Source of the DNA: Bugula neritina | Taxonomy: Eukaryota; Animalia; Bryozoa | DNA length: 64,000 bases | Assembly (NCBI GenBank): GCA_964035545.1 | Contig: OZ037767.1 | Span: 25,932,628-25,996,627 of the forward strand | Direction: 5' to 3' | In this document: positions 62,669-64,000 of the stretch, piece by piece | Numbering within the stretch: position 1 is the stretch's first letter | Layout: each line of letters opens with the position of its first letter | The notes under the pieces: generated by a model | The model's input: the letters and a program-made list of their open reading frames with translations, nothing else | Databases searched by the model: none | Told to the model about the DNA's origin: nothing | Translations under genes and position numbers: made by a program

Positions 62669-64000
62669 GAGTGTCAAGGACCTTTTCAGGGTTAATATTG
62701 AACATATTAGCTGCGTGTTGAAGCTTGCAGATAATTTCTTCTTTCTGCTAAAACAGTTGCACATGCAGGCAGAAGAAACTACTAGTTTATTAACAGTTTT
62801 GGTATTTGAGAACAAGAATAATTCCTTCCAAAAAACCTCTACTGGCTGAACAGTATATCCTGAAAACTGTTGCTTTTAGGCAAATTGGCAAATTAATAGC
62901 AAATTGCATAAAAATGCATGTAGCACAAACGTATTTATGTGCAACAGTATTGCTTTCTCTATGCATTCTTTACTGTAGTTGAGATTTGTCAAACTTCCTC
63001 TGGTCTATGTTTGTAAATTGTACATTTTGTCCACCATAGATAATATTTATATACGTAAAAGATCTGCAACAGAATTGTTTATTTTCCTTAATATGTTACC
63101 TATTACCGATATATACATTGTATTCATTTCTGAAATTAAGTTATGTAGTGATGAAACATACATCTTTTAAATTTTCCTCTCCATTTCCTATGAGGGACAC
63201 ACTAGCAGTTCATAGCACACATATACAGCTTTTTTTCAAAATATATTATCAATATTATGAACATAATATTACAATAGTTAAACTACATTAATCTTTATAT
63301 TTTGATATCTTTTCATGTTAAATTTTTGTTTTATGTCTTATAAAAACTATATGTTGCAAAAATCCAAATCTCAGCTAAATATATAAATATTACGTAAACT
63401 CTGTATTTGATTAAATTATATTTCCATTAAAACCATGATTTACTCAGTCTTTGCTATTGTAGTATTATGTTTATTTGGCAACATGATGATTATTCAGAGT
63501 TTAGCAGTTCAAGAAATGTTTATAAATAATTGTTAACATAGCACTCTATTCCACAACGACATGCTGTGTAGTTACGGCTATTGATAGTTTGCAACTGCTA
63601 TGAACAGACCTGCATAATAAATGCTGGATAAACTGGGGAAATGTTTTTGGATAAAATTGGTATTTATTTATTAATTTTAAAAAAACACTTTAGTTTGGAC
63701 TAAATATATTCACATACACAATACATGCACAAAGGTAGTCTTACAGGTCAATCTGTGTTAAGTTATTTGCCCTTGTGCAAGAGAAGGCAATTTCTTTTTA
63801 GACAGCATATTATGATTAACCATAGTAGGATAGCCAAGCATAAGGAATGAGTGAACCATAAATATCACCAAGCAGTATTACAACAAAACAATTTAACAAA
63901 GAAAATGGAGTAGCGCAGAGCAGTAATAAAGGTGATAACTCCCAAACCTACACTATATTTTAGATAATTTATATAATCTAATCTAAACAAGTAAAAATGA

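Overview
AT-rich, intron-dense genomic DNA from an invertebrate animal; the species cannot be determined from this window. I reconstructed four protein-coding genes by hand from splice sites and codon phases. (1) Minus strand 8912->152, 3'-partial: a phase-consistent 12-exon chain of more than 1187 aa fusing LRRs, a ROC GTPase, a COR domain and a caspase large subunit with an intact His/Cys dyad, with no evident CARD/DED/DD. This Roco-caspase is the most unusual element here and is a candidate one-polypeptide sensor-switch-effector for immunity or cell death. (2) SPRTN/Spartan protease (13576-18564, +), with two UBZ4 fingers and a SIM-like motif. (3) Agrin (19723-42813, +), which stops before LG3, has a candidate internal signal-peptide first exon, and has one or two introns that appear to end in CG rather than AG. 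(4) Runx (49529-62668, +), with overlapping splice donors that could switch the VWRPY tail on or off and a cluster of RUNX motifs upstream. Repeats include a 2.2-kb non-autonomous hAT-like element with an 8-bp TSD between the divergent Roco-caspase and SPRTN genes, a foldback element, a MITE family, tRNA-derived SINE copies and micro/minisatellites. All gene models are manual predictions without transcript or database support.
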